DNA from: Camelus dromedarius
Taxonomy: Eukaryota
Assembly: GCF_036321535.1 (NCBI RefSeq)
Contig: NC_087436.1
Location: 70,744,001-70,808,000, forward strand
Direction: 5' to 3'
Length of the DNA: 64,000 nucleotides
Below the pieces are notes generated by a model, which saw only the letters and a list, made by a program, of their open reading frames with translations, had not been told where the DNA came from and searched no databases. Of this stretch, positions 40,045 to 53,805 are shown piece after piece. A program made the position numbers and the translations under genes. Numbering within the stretch: position 1 is the stretch's first letter; each line of letters opens with the position of its first letter.

Positions 40045-41168
40045 CAGGTCATGTCATTTCTGCTGAAGTCACTTTTCTGTCTTTGCCTATTATCACAGAA
40101 TTACACAATAGTTTGTTTCCATGATAGACACTTTATTTGATGGAATCAGTTTCAGGCAATACACTCAAACTTGACTGAAGAGTTCCTTAGAAATATTTTT
40201 TCTTTTTTTCCTCAAAAATAAGTACTGTGACTCAGGATTTAAGGCTCTATTTTAGAAAATGTGGTCAGTGATGCTGTGTTGGTGTCAAGTAGCGGTTACT
40301 CAGCTGTTGATGTATATTAATTTGTATGTCTGTGTCCCAGCCTCCTATCCTAAGAGTTTTAGATAAAATTTCTTCTTATGATATTAATTTCTACATATAA
40401 TAACAGTATCTTCCAATGATTGCTCTATGTTGCATTACAACTGTGGGTTATGGGAGAAGGAATTAAAATAATTTTTTCTCCTTAGAGAGTCTCTTGCCTT
40501 TCATTCATTTAGGCTCAGCTCACAGCCCCTGCCATGCTGGCCTCACCTGTATCCCCATCCTTTCCCATCTCTCCTTCCTGCTGGAGTAACAATGGCTCAT
40601 CCACCTGCACAACTGGTTGGTAATGGGTCAAAGGAAAAGTAAGAGGAAAGGACAGTCTTTAGCAGAGTGTTCTGGGGACTCTTTATGATCCAGAATAAGT
40701 AATGAGGTATTAACTCAATACAGAAAAGAACTGAATGTAATTCAGCCTCTTTATTCCACAATCTGAAATACCTTCCACAATCTGTAAACATTTTCAGGTT
40801 TATCAATGTTTAGTATTCATGTCCAGTCATGCTTCTCTCTCTGGAAACATCAGAAAAGCATGCCTCTTCCAAACCTGAAAGCTAGAAAATTCTGCCAAGA
40901 TAGAGATAAATTATTTATACAGTTTTCGTTTCTGATAAATTGTAGTCCCAGATAAAAGAGGTTTATGTCTTTAAGGTCCAAAATCTTAGAAAATATACCA
41001 GTGTCATATAGAGAGAGTCTAGAAATAACTTCAGATTTTGCTGATGACTCAGGACCATCATTATGAAATTAAACCTCTGTACCTTTCTAAAACTATTATC
41101 TCTTGATTGATTGGTAAGGAAGCCTCATACTAGTTAAAGGTAAAAAATACTATTTTCTGATAACATAC

Positions 41169-41573
41169 TGAATTAGTTCGGTAGGACTACATGAGAGACA
41201 CCACAGGCTGGGTGACTCAAATAACAAGTTTATTTCTTACAGGTCTGGAGGCCAGGGGTCTAAGATAAGGTATTGGCAGGTTTCGGCTTCTTCTGAGGCC
41301 TCTCTCCCTGGTTTGCAAATGGCTCCCTTCTTGCTGTGTCCTCTCACAGCCTTTCGTCTGTGTGTGCGCATCCCTGGTGTCTCTCTGTGTGTCCAGGTTT
41401 CCTTTTCTTGTAAGGACATCAGTCAGATTGAAGCAGGGTCCACACTGAAGGCTTCCTTTAAACTTAATCATCTCTTTAAAGGCCCTTATCTCCAAATACA
41501 GTGACATTCTGAGGTACTGAGAGTTAAGGCTTCAACAGATGAGTTTTGTGGGGGACACAGCTCCGGCCATAAC
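41169..41573 (-). mobile_element. MLT1A/B-like MaLR LTR
   Basis: tttatttcttacaggtctggaggcc...aaggacatcagtcagattg...tctccaaatacagtgacattctgaggtact...ccataaca. Confidence 0.8.
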
Positions 41574-42377
41574 ACATACCTATTGTTGAATTCTGACAGC
41601 TACATTTGTAGCTTTGAATAAACTTGGTTAGGAAGAGTTTTGAGTCAACTGTGGTCTCAGGAAGAGTTGAAGGGAAGAAAAGCTGAATCACTCCTTTTAA
41701 AAAAAAAAAGTGTTTTTTCAGAGTTACTATTTTAGTCTGGCTTTCCCCCGAGATCTTAGCGAGAGATAAGGTACTTTATTTGAGAAATGCCCCCTGGAAA
41801 TAGGAGGGGGTGACTGGGACAAGGGAAATAGAGAAAGAAGGCAAAGCAGTGAAAAAGTATGTTGTTGCCTCTGTCCCTGCTGTGGGCAGCTGGGGCTTGG
41901 TCTTGCTGGGACCACGAGAGGCCGCGTAGGATGTGTTTCAGAATTGTCTTTTAGAGGGAAAAAGAGGGTGAGAGTTACGCACTCACTTTTGTTCTTTGTT
42001 GATGAAGACTTGTCCCATGGCTGTGAGCTCTCTCTCATGCAGATCGTGCATGCACAGCATAGAGAAAAGAGGGAGAGGAGAGAAAGACTAAGGGTATGTC
42101 AGGGCTAAGGGAAGGTTACCACTGATCCCTTATTTCAGTCATGAAATGTGAGACTAGGTTATATCCTTTGCAAATGTGGGGATGGGGGTTGATGAGAGTA
42201 GCAGATGTTTGGGAGAGAGGTTAAGAAATATTTTAGAGGCTGCTACATTCTATTATTCCCTGCAGTCTCCTCGTGACTTTTTAACTCTTCCCTTAGTAAC
42301 AGGCAGTCAGTGATTACATCCTCTGTTTACACTGTGTCGCCTTTTACAGTACTGCTTATCTTCTTATCTACTTCTCT

Positions 42378-42859
42378 GGTGAGAAATTGAAAAATGGCCC
42401 TGCTGACAGCCAGACCAAATATTCCCGATCGGACATAAACAATCCACAGAACAGGCCGTAGACGAGGCCACTACGTGACAATAGAAATGAGTAAACACCT
42501 TCCCTTCTGATGGCCATGAAAGATTGCAGCTTCTTTACCGATGGCAAGTCTAGGCTTATTTAATCTTCTCACCTCTTTGGAGGAAAAGTGTTAAGATTCC
42601 CAGTCACTGAATTGCCCCTGCTTCTTGAGAGCTTCCAGTCCGGAACTGGTCCCTGCTTCCTTAACTTCTCCTTAGAATCACCCGCCATGAGCTCAAATCC
42701 TGTAAGAAGCCCTTCTCAGCTCCCCCCACTCAGATGCTCCTGTGGTTCCCAAGTTATGCAGTCTCTCTTCCTGTGCAAACTAAATAAACTCACCTGTATT
42801 TTTTTTGTTTTGTTTTCACAGGTGTGCTTCTGGTAGTCTTTGATCTGTCAGCCTCTACA
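42378..42859 (+). mobile_element. ERV1-type solo LTR (approximate ends)
   Basis: LTR-like layout with AATAAA at ~42783 and ending ...ctctaca; no clean TSD. Confidence 0.55.
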
Positions 42860-43299
42860 GTGATGATGTAATAAATAATTGGCTGGAAAGGTCAGAAACC
42901 AAATATAATTTGTTAAGGATGTGTGTTAAAAAAGAATGAACGTGATGTTTGGTTAGTTGCTAAGGGAAGCAATATGTTGCCAGGGTTTCGAGTTTGAAGA
43001 TTCTCCTGTGTTAACAGTTGAGTTCAAGCTGAGTTCTGGAGACTGGAGCTGACACATCAAGGTGATATTAGTACTTGTTTGTTTGCTTCTTTATTTAAAA
43101 GAACTATTTCAACCACCAAAGAGTTGGATTACAGTGAGTACAAAGAACTTCTTTTTTCCTGAACCTATTTTGAGCAGGTTGCTGATCTGCTTCAGCACCT
43201 GGAATACTTGAATGTGTATTTCCTACAAAGAGGGACATGGCCACAGCACAACCCTTGATGTCAGGAAATGGACATTGATACCTCATCCTCAGACCACAT

Positions 43300-45150
43300 T
43301 TGAGCAATATCCTTTGTAGCTAAAGGATGCAGTTCAAAATTGCGTGTTGTGTTTTGTTGTCTTGTCTCTTTAGTCTCCTTCAACCTGGAGCCAGTCATTC
43401 CTTGACTGATGATCCTGACACTTTTGAAGTCTATAGACTACTTATTTTATAGAATATCCTTCTCCGGAGGATTGTCTAATATTTCCTTATCTTTAGATTC
43501 AGGTTATGTATCTTTGGCAGAAATGCCGCAAAAGTGATTCTGCATTCTTTCCTTTGCATTTTGTCCAGTGGGGCACAGGTGCATTTTGTCCTGGTGCTGG
43601 TGGTGTTCACTTTAATCACTTTAGTAAGGTGGTGTCTGCCAGTGTTGTTCACTGCTATGTTACTCTTTTTCCCTTTGTGTTTAGTAAATATTTTTATCAT
43701 GGGAAGGTATTTTGAGACTATGTAAAATCCTCTTTTTTATGATAGTTTTAATTTGTTTATTTACTTAATTCCTTATATTAATATGGACTCATGCCTTTCT
43801 ATTTTATTTTTAAAAGACTTTTTAAAAGGGCAGTTTTAAGTACACAGCACAATTGGGAGGATAGTATAGATGATTCCTGTGTATTCTCTGCTCCTCACAT
43901 GCTGTCTCCTCCGTTATCTCATTCCGTACCTGGGTAGTACATTTGTTACAATTCTATTTAATGTGATTGATTATAATCTGTTACTTTATATTTATTTTAA
44001 CCTTCGTATTATCCCTGACTTGGCCAGTGGGAGCCCTTCAATCTGGCTTTTGTGGCTTTTGACAAGTCACCATCATTTTTAAAAAATTTATATTCTGTTT
44101 TTTTTAATTGAAGTGTAATTGGCTTACAATGTTGTGTTAGTTTCTAGTGTACAGCATACTGATTCAGTTATACATATATATATATATTCCTTTTCATATT
44201 CTTTTTCATTATAGGCTATCAGAAGGTACTAAATATAGTTCCCTGTGCAGTACAGTAGGACCTTTTAGTTTATCTATTTTATATACAGTAGTTAGTATCT
44301 GCTAATCCCAAACTCCCAATTTATCCTTTCCCACTCTCTTTCCCCCTGGTAACCACAAGTTTGTTTTCTATATCTGTGTCTGTTTCTGTTTTGGAAATAA
44401 GTTCGTGTCTTTTTTTTTTTTTTTAAGATTCCACATATAAGCGAAATCATATGGTATTTTTCTTTCTCTTTCTGGCTCACTTCACTTAGAATGACGACCT
44501 CCAGATCCATCCATGTTGCTGCAAATGGCATTACTTTATTCTTTTTAATGGCTGAGTAGTATTCCATTGTGTAACTATATCACTACGTCTTAATCCAGGC
44601 ATCTGTCAATGGACATTTAGGCTGTTTCCATGTCTTGGCTATTGTATATAATGCTGCTATGAACATTGGGGTGCATGTGTCTTTTTGAACCCACCATTTT
44701 TAGAACACTTCCTCACTTTCAGCTACATAAAGTATTCTAGGCTCATCTTATGCTTTTTCTTCCTCCACCTTGGAATCAGCTATTTCTTTCAAGAAGCCCT
44801 GTCTCTAGTGGATAAAGGTCTTTAGAAAGGAAGGTCTGGGTGCTAGATGCACAAGTTGCTTTTGCCCTTTTCATGCCATCTTAGTGGACAGAGCTGAAAT
44901 ATGTGTATGTGCACACACATACTCACATATACACACATCTATATTTATTCTCTATAATCATGTAGATAATTTTGTAAAATACTGAGTTTACATTGAAGCC
45001 TTCAATTCCAACTAACACCATAGGGTTTCTTTCCATACTGGTAACTCCATTCTCTGGCAGTGAAAAACCTGGACCATTGCCCTTTATATACTTATTATTT
45101 ATTGATTAATCTGCATGTATGTAACTCACTCCCATCTCTGATCCTGCCCG
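43300..45150 (-). mobile_element. Old L1MC-type 3' UTR, interrupted by a young L1
   Basis: gacacttttgaagtctataga...tagattcaggttatgtatctttggcag...cttggaatcagctatttct. Confidence 0.7.
44082..44691 (-). mobile_element. 5'-truncated young L1 3' end
   Basis: ORF MEYYSAIKKNKVMPFAATWMDLE; TSD catcattttta / caccattttta. Confidence 0.9.
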
Positions 45151-46369
45151 CTTTTCTTCCAGGGATATTGTCCTCACACCATTCAGGTTTTAAGTCCCAA
45201 TGCTAGGCTGTTGCCATGTCCCTCTCCCCTATATGGGCACCCTCGCTACTCCAGTTGGGCTCTTACAAACTCTCCCACCCAGAAACCTTGCTCACCCCAC
45301 TTGGGCTCTGACACCCTGCACTGAGTCACCCCCATGCCCAGACCTCCTCACCCAACTTGGGCTCCAATTCTGCATACCGGGCATACCCTTCCCACAAACA
45401 CACCCTCCTCATTCTGCCTGGGTGGACTCATGTCATCCCGATCTTGCTCCAAAATCTTGCTCTGGGTCCCTGTGGTTCTCCTGTGCTAAGGAGGGCACCA
45501 CCATGCTCGGCTGCACCTGATTGTCTGGGACTGACACGTCCAGGGAAGGAAGTGAAGGGAAGAGGAAGAGAGCTGTTGGTTTATATTAGTAATTAGTAAT
45601 TTCTAATATTTCGTCCTTAATTATCCATGTGTTTTAATAAGTCTGGCACTTCTGCTTTTTCTATGATAGAATTGATGGACCTAGCATTTTAAGAGCAAGA
45701 AGTTCCCTGGAATATTTTTATTTTTATTAGATCAAAACTACCACTGGCTTTCCAGTGATCAGATTAGAGATACCACAGGACTTTCTCAGTCTGTTCCCAG
45801 CCTATTTATTTTGCCTCCTTTCAGAGGACTTTCTACCATGCGACTTAGCACTTCAACTCCTATGAACTCTTTGTCCTACAAAAAAACATGCTGTGCCTTC
45901 TCACTCACTAATGTCTGCTTTTTCTTCTTCCCACCATGCCCTCACCCCCTTTTCTATCTGGAAACCTCTGACTCACTCTTTAAGATGCAGATTAAGTGTT
46001 ACTTTTAAGGGAAATCCTTCCCAACTCCCCAAGGACAGATATGTCTTTCCTGCCTCTGTGGAGAGTATTTAGAGCACATGACATTAAACTTCTGCCTCTG
46101 ACTGGCTGTGTAACTTCAGACAAATTACTTATCCTTGATGAATCTCAGTTTCCTCATCTGTGAAGTGGGCATAACAACAGAATTGTATCAACATCATAGA
46201 GTTGTTATAAAGGTGGATTTTGATAATGCATCACCTAACACAAATTGTCAAAATGCTAGTTATTGCTATTATGATGATTATTTGATTATATGTCCCCCAC
46301 GAAAGATCATGTGTTCTTAGATACAGTCCTGGAACTTAATCCAACACCCCAAACATAATAGGATAAACA

Positions 46370-47370
46370 TTTTCTGAAGGAGTTTATTCATCTTATAAAT
46401 ATTTTTAAGTGTGTACTCTGTGCCAGTCAGGTTAGTTATGCAATACTGCGACCAAAACAGAGATGCTGTCTGACCTCGTGGGATTCATAGTCTAGTGGGA
46501 AATTGAGAATTTAGCAAATAATTACACAAATGAATAAATAAATAAAGATAAGCCTTAAGAAGGACAGTAATTGTGAGATCAGAAAGAGGATAAAGAGGGT
46601 GCTAATTTAGAGTGGGAGGTAGAAAAGTGTTTCTGAAAAAGTGATATTCACCCAAGTCCTGAAGACTGAGTAGAAATTAAACAGAGAAGATGTGCCCACA
46701 AAATGAACAGTATGAGTGGAGGTGTGAGGCCAGAAAGGACTTGGGTCTATTAAGCCAGCTTTCAGGATGCAGGAATGGGGGTGATGGGGGAGGAATAGTA
46801 TGAGATGAGATTTAAGAGATAGTCTAGGGCCACGTCATGTTGAATTTAAGAAATTTTGTGGATTGTAAAACCTGCAGTGGAAAGCCATTAATGTTTTTAG
46901 TTTGAGGTGTGACCTGATGCTAGTTTCCCTCACAAAATACTCTGGGGAGAACCTGGGGCACCCTGAAGAGGCTGTGGTCTCCCAGGGAGATGTAGACCAG
47001 GTGGGGGCAATGGAGACAGAAGGGAGAGGGTGGAAATGCATTTGGGAGGTAGCGTGGGCAGGTCTGGTGATGGTTTAGATGCAGTTGGTATTTGGGGGGC
47101 TGGGGGAAGAGTTGTTCAGGATGACCAGGCTTCAGGCATGAGTGGGGAAAAGAACAGGAGCAGAGGGGTGGTTTACTCAGGTGATGGAAACTGGAGGAGG
47201 TGCAGTTTTTCAAGAGACGCTGAAGAGTTTAGTTTTGGACACATTAAGTGCATTTGAGATGACTACAAGATGTCTAAAGAAATGTAAAGTACTGTTTATT
47301 ATGTAAGTTTGGAGGTCAGAAGGATCTGAGCTCAAATATACAAATTTAGGAGTTGTTAGCAGAAGGATGA
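46370..47370 (-). mobile_element. L2 fragment
   Basis: tttattcatc...gtactctgtgccag...gagtttagttttggacacattaag. Confidence 0.6.
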
Positions 47371-47454
47371 AATCCCCACCCCCTACCCCCACTCCCATCT
47401 CCCATGATTAACAAACCATTAATCTTATTTACTAGAATTTTTCTGGGTAATTAT

Positions 47455-47973
47455 TGTTGACTGAAATAAAGTCACACAATGTGAGAGTTGCGAGTTAGGT
47501 TTTATTTGGGGCAAAATGAGGACTATAGCCCAAGAGACAGCATCTCTGATAGCTCTGAGGAACTGCTCCGAAGTGACAAGGGAGAACAACGGTATTATCT
47601 ATGATTTTAATGAAGAGGGTGCGTGCAGTCAAGCACACATTAAGAGAGGCTTGCTGCTAGTCATGAGGAGTGGATGTCACCATTAATGGAGTTAGTGCTT
47701 TTCTAGATATGAGGAGATGCAAGAATTGGGGCTCATAAAATCTTCTCCTGAAAATATCTAACTATCTGTTAGACCTGTCCTGCCAGTTTTCCCAGAGCAT
47801 GGAGTGCCGCATTCCATTCCTGATCTCCACCCTAAGCTCCTTTCAGGGTGTGCTGGAGGTCAATGGCTGCAGCAGCTCATGATTTAATCCAAGCAGAGAT
47901 AGATGGCAAGTGCCAGCGTGATCCAATCCTTGTAGAGGCAGATGGCATGGCAAGTGCCAATTTGTAGTTGGCA
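47455..47973 (-). mobile_element. ERV1-type solo LTR
   Basis: TG...CA ends; TSD ttat/ttgt; closely related to 54108-54602. Confidence 0.8.
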
Positions 47974-48045
47974 TTGTCATGCCAAATATAACATATAGGT
48001 GAGTTGTAGTCATAGAAAGCTAGAGGCCTTCTCTGAAGAGTACTA

Positions 48046-49776
48046 TAGCCAGTTCTGCTGTAACAGGATATATACTGTTGACTTTAAAAAAAAAGGCACA
48101 ACCTAAAAGTTGAGAGTTACATTTTATTTGGTGGACAAAACTGAGGGCTTAAGCCCAGAAGACAGCCTCTGATAGCTCTGAGGGACTGCTCTGAAGGGGT
48201 TAGGGAGAAGCCAGGATAGGAGTTTTGCAACGAAAATCAGGTAGCCAGAACATGAAAGATTACTGTTAAACAAAGCCAGGCATCTCAAGTCAATGGATGT
48301 AGTGCCTGTCTGTGTATGGGAGGATGCAAGAGCTGGGCTCACTGATGTCCACCTTAACTGTCTAGGGCCAGTCTCCTGCTTTTCCTCTGGGTGTGCAGTC
48401 AGGGTGGCTGCAGCGGCTGCTGGGCTGATGGCTACAATAGCCTTTGATAACTGACAGGGCAGGCAACAGTTTTCATCCACAATACATGCCTCAAAATGGA
48501 AGTGACAGGAAAATTGTGCAATTAAAAAATAGAGACTATGGGAAAAATGGGTCACAACACTCAAAAACTTCATCAGTTTGTATCTATAAAAGAGCCTTAT
48601 AAAAATGGTAGCATGGTTACACATGTTAAATGGTTCAGAAATACACAAGTACTACAATAAATACGGCACTTATTCTTAAGAAGGACCTGAAGTTTGTTTG
48701 TGGAAGTGGGAGAGGAAAAGCTGTGACTTGTAGGTTGTTGCAACGTGGTGGAAGGACCCTATCTGAAGTCAGATGGAAAGTTTGGGGAAGTGTGGCTCAT
48801 TGTGTTTGAGCCAAACATCACAGTTACGATTCCCTACCTTAAATCCAGGGACGTTTTTCTGCCTTTGAGGTGTAGGTCCTTCCAGACGTACAATATGCTA
48901 GATAGCTGCTTCTTCAAAATTAAAAATTTGGTCTAAAGTATAGCGTTTTTCTTCACTTAACTTCTATATCACTGCTGGAAATTTTTTTGTGCCTTTCTTA
49001 TTTGTCCTTGTGGCTCCATCCAACAGCTGAAGGCTTGGAAATTTTGGCTACGTTTGAAACCATAGACCACGCCACTGTGATTTAAAAGGAGTGATCTGAA
49101 AGAGGTCACTTTCAGGGTTTGGTGATTTCTGTTGAAGGTCTTTATTTATGAATAGTGCTTTCTCTTTGATTGTGAGAAAAATTATTTCTGATTTTCTTTT
49201 ATTTGGTCTTCAATCCACATGCTTAACAATCTTCCTATTTTCTGCTGCTTTAGGCCTTATTGACTTTTCAGCATTTGAAATGTTTCAACCATAAAGCTTT
49301 TGTTTCCCAGTTTTGTCTCTGTTGCTCTGGAAATATCACATGTTCTCCCATTTCTTTCAAAGTGCTTTATCATTTCAAGATTCTCTTCAGTCCTTAAAGC
49401 TTTTCTTTTACACGCACAGGTTGTAATTTTAAAGCATTTAGACATATCTAAGATAATAAATGGCTTTTAAAAAGCAAGTTTACAAGTGCAAAAGAATAAT
49501 AATAAAAAAAACTTGCATTTTAACACATGCATTAACAGAAGTAGTTAATAGATGTTTAAGGTGTGTGTGTGAATGCATTTTGTGCTTTCTGACTCAGTTC
49601 AGCTGGGTGCAACTTTTTTACCTGCATATAGTTTTTTTTTTTTTTTTTTTTTGGCAGGTAAAATCATGCATAAGTAAAATGTGAAAGTTACATTATGTTC
49701 AACTTGTTCCTTATTATATCAATCACCTTGGAATAAATTTGCACTTTCAAAATAAGCATTATAGAAGAACTGACTA
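48046..49776 (-). mobile_element. Tigger (Tc1/mariner, pogo-type) DNA transposon relic
   Basis: TIRs tagccagttctgctgtaa / ttatagaagaactgacta (15/18); minus ORF 49257-49445 KRKALRTEENLEMIKHFERNGRTCDISRA resembles the CENP-B/pogo N-terminal HTH. Confidence 0.7.
48076..48481 (-). mobile_element. ERV1-type solo LTR inserted near the Tigger TIR
   Basis: TGTTGAC...CCACA; perfect TSD ATAC (48072-75 / 48482-85). Confidence 0.8.
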
Positions 49777-50510
49777 TTTACTCTTATTCTCAAATTTTCT
49801 TAGTAGAATATCCACATTTTGGAAAATAGAAATACTCGTAATCCTTCCTCTTGGAAATTTGTAGTAAATCAATTCTTGATGAGATGGAAAATGTTGCTGA
49901 AATGGGCAGTAAATGGATTAACTGTTTTATTTGTACTTCAGGTCTTGAGTGACTTTTTAAAATTGCAGCTTTGCAATAATTTAGTTGGATTCCAAAAATG
50001 ACATTTTTTGTTTATAAGTGTATCACAGAAAATCCTCTCTGTTCTCTTCCTTCCTTGTTTTCTATCCATCTGTTTGTTGATCAATAAATCTATCATCCAT
50101 CCACCCATCTATTTGCCTTGTGCCAATCCGAATAGAGCTGCATATGTGGCAAATATAAGAACTCTAGAAGAGCTTTTAAGACTATTTTAAGTTTTAAAAA
50201 ATTCCAGTTTTAGATATAATAGGAATAAACTATCATGGAATTTAAAAGGAAATCTATTAACCTTTATGCCAACTTCATTTTGCACATATTTTGCTAAGGG
50301 ATCTGGTGTTTTAATTTTGCATTCTGTGACACATAAAAATTGGTTGCTGTGCATGACAAGTTATATTTTGCTTGATAACTACCCAAATTAGACTTCTTAA
50401 CAGCTGATGGTTTAAAAAAAATCACAACTCATTTTTGGAGAAATTGTAGATTATTTATTTCCACCATAAAATGAGTCCAAGTTTAGTGAAACTAAAAGTT
50501 TAATTCAAAT

Positions 50511-50512
<2 letters not shown>

Positions 50513-50552
<40 letters not shown>
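50513..50552. repeat. (CA)20 microsatellite
   Basis: Direct observation. Confidence 0.97.
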
Positions 50553-50555
<3 letters not shown>

Positions 50556-51284
50556 GTAATGGGAAACTACTGTTTATTGTGCATTTTCCTTAGGCCAGAA
50601 ATTCTGCTAGGTAATTTTATATGTTTTCTCTAATTTTCACTATAAATTCTCACGTGGTAGATATAAACTAAAAAAATTAGAAATAATTCACATTGACCAA
50701 AAATCTTTACATTTAAGAAACTAAATTCCAGGATTTCAGGAAGTTGACCCATGGTATGGTACTTGTAGAGAACACATTTCTTCTTTGTTGCACCTGAGTT
50801 TCTTTAGACTCTTCACCATACTGAATGTGCCTTGACATGGGTTAAAAATGAGTTAAAAAAAAAGAAAAAGAAAAATTACATTTTGTTTCTCTTTTTAAAC
50901 TCTATACACTTTAATTTTTAAAATTCAATAAAGCAATAATTTTTAAAAACAACTGTCTTGACCTCAGTAAATGTAATAAGATACATTGAACACTTTTGAG
51001 AGCTTAGAATCAGGAACCTTTCTATCCGCCAATGTCTTGATCACTTGCTGTCTCCTTTCTCTGGTGACTGAAGTTTGCAGCTGATGTGGAGATGTATGGA
51101 ATAAATTTTAGAGTTTTCTTTAGAAGTTCCTCTGTCCCCTACTAGGCTGTGACCTTCATGAAGGCCATGATTATGTCATCCTACAAGATTTGGTATTTCT
51201 AGTGTCTAATAATTGCAGATTCTTATGATCAATATATTTGATACTTGACTAGATCAACAAGAAAGGTCTTTATTTCTATGGTTG

Positions 51285-51887
51285 TGATGCAGGAAAAATG
51301 GATGTGGGGCATGAGGAGGGCCGTGTCCCAGGCTTTGGTTGAGCCCCTGGGATGTGCCTCTCCAAGTGTGGGTCCTTGGCTTCACGCAGGAAAGACTTCA
51401 AGAGCAAGCCACAGTTGAGTAAAGGTAGATTTATACAGAGATACATTGAAAGGCAAGAGAAAGGCCACGAGGTGTGAGGATTGTGTGCTCATACTAGAGT
51501 AAAAGTAGGTACATACTCCACAGACAGAGCGGCAGCCGCAAGGCACCGTGTTGCCAGCTTTTATGGGCTCAGTGGCTTCATACGCTAATAAATGGAAGGA
51601 CCAGTCTAACTTGTCTGGGGAAGGGGCTGGGATTCCCAGGAAGTTGGCCATTTCCCACTCTTTGAGCTTTTGTGGCTAGCCTTGGGACTGCCATGGTGCC
51701 TGTGGGCATGTTATTCACCATGTTAATATATTACAGTGAGCGTATATTGAAGCTCAAGATCTGCTAGAAGACAGATCTCCCACCACCTTGAGCCTCAAGG
51801 CCTACTGGGGGTTGAATCTCTCACCATTTTGATGTTAATTGCCGTAGCAGTCCTTGCATGGCTGTACCCTGCCCCCTTCCTGTCTCA
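51285..51887 (-). mobile_element. ERV1-type solo LTR
   Basis: TGATGCAGG...CCTGTCTCA; perfect TSD GTTG; same family as 25260-25824. Confidence 0.85.
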
Positions 51888-51899
51888 GTTGGACAGATC

Positions 51900-53800
51900 A
51901 CTATTACTATTAAATGAATTATAGAAATTCTTTTCAATGCTAAAAACCTTAAAATAGAACTGAATGGTTATATGCAGTGGATATAATAGGATAGTTAAAA
52001 ACTTAAATTTATCAGCCAAAAATCAATAAAAATTAACAAGTTAAAAAAAAAAGACTGGCTATAAGATTATTTTATAGTCATATCAACAATGATAAAAAGC
52101 ACAGTGAAAAATAAGATTATATACACATCAGCAATAGGAACACTGAATTCTTAACAATATCACATAGAAATGATTGAATTTGCATACAGAAAACTACAAA
52201 ACTGAGACATAAAAATTCTAATAGAGACATATACCATGTTTCTGGATAGGGAAACTAAATATTGTAAAGTGTTAATTATCTACCAATTGCTATAAGCATA
52301 ATAAAAATTTCAACTTTTCAGATTTTGATGAAGGGATTCTAAAATTTTGTGGAAAAAAGGATGGATGAGAGTTGCTTAAAATTAGAAAAAAACCACTGGT
52401 TATGTGAAATTTATCACATACTATAAATTATTATAAAGCTAAAATAATTAAGTGACAATGATAGACAGAAAAATAGCCAGAAGGAGATTCAAGAGGCTTA
52501 AAAATGTAATCTGTGTTAAGTCAAAAGCTGTGAAGTTACATAATTATACACACACACAAATATGTATATAGAAACATCTGCAGATCCTTCGTCAGAGATG
52601 ACAGTTTTTTTTCACTCACAGCTGTAATTGTTCCCAGAGTCATCCCCCCTCACCCCCTGCCCAAGCCTGAACCCACAGATGACATAAGAGGTAGATGGAT
52701 AAATCCTACAGGTGCTGTGAGATTGAATTGCTGGCTAGGGACCCAGAACTATGAATTTCTCTCCTTACCCAGAAGGGGACTACATCTGCCTTTCCTCCTG
52801 GGAGAATGGGAGGGAATCTGAGTTCTTACCTTTGGAATGCAAATACATCTCTTTAGAGGGAAGGTAAGACCAGTTCCTAAAATTTACAACCCAGAATTCT
52901 CTTTTGAAATGTAAACACATAGATAACAGTCTAAATTCCTCCAGGAGTCTAGACGTATTCAGTCTCCCTTTCCTTTAATTCAGATGCCTATCCTGGAATG
53001 GAAACTTTGGACTCTTAGGGATAAAAGGTTTATGACCCTTTGCTTGGGAGCAATAGGCTCCACCATTAAGAAGACAGATGGCCAGATATCTAATACTCAG
53101 GCAAGTGAAAAGCAGTTTGTTTGTTTTTTCTGGTGAAAGTAAAACAAAATAATCTCAATTTTTAAAATGTATCAATGGCTCAGGATGCCAGGATTTTGCA
53201 GGAACACTGAGAAATCCAGGGAAGATCTGTTTTCCCACAAGGTACAGGAAATATATGTTACCATGTATTAAGGTTTTTCAATAAGTGGTGCTATGAAAAT
53301 TAGTTAATTATTTGGGGAAACACTTTAAATGCTTGAAGAGTTTAATGTGAAAAATCAGATTGTAAAAAGTCTAGAAGAAAATAGAAATTAACACGTCATC
53401 AAATGTCTGTATGAGAAAGATTTGTGAGACTTAAAAGTAGTGCATGAAATCAGAAAGATAATAGATTTGATTATATAAAAACATAAAATGTCTGTGAGCC
53501 AAAAGAATAAAAGGCAAACAAAATTTATTCCATTAGATATATGGAGAAGGAATAAATATTTCCAAAATATGTGACTACATTGGTAATGTATTCCTTCAGT
53601 TTTTTTTTTGAATGTAAATGCAGATATTCTTTTTTTGGAAATTAATTATTAAAATTAAAACTACAACCTTAAGAATGTTTGCATTCTTTGTTGAAGTCAA
53701 TATAATTTTAGAGATTTATCTAAAAGCTATGGATGAAATATGATACAGTTTTATGCACAAAAGTTTCATAACTATTTATAAAGAATAAACAAAAAGAACA
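51900..53800 (+). mobile_element. Highly degenerate L1M ORF2 remnant with an LTR-like insert at ~52570-53240
   Basis: gacatataccatgtttctggatagggaaactaaatattgtaaag; tcaataagtggtgctatgaaaattag. Confidence 0.55.
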
Positions 53801-53805
53801 AAGAG

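Noticed and set aside
48124..48648. 174-aa ORF, the longest in the window
   Set aside because: Spans a Tigger/LTR junction with no protein similarity; likely a chance ORF.
25260..51887. Two related LTRs as the ends of one provirus
   Set aside because: Each has its own distinct TSD (CCAT; GTTG) and there is no retroviral internal sequence between them.
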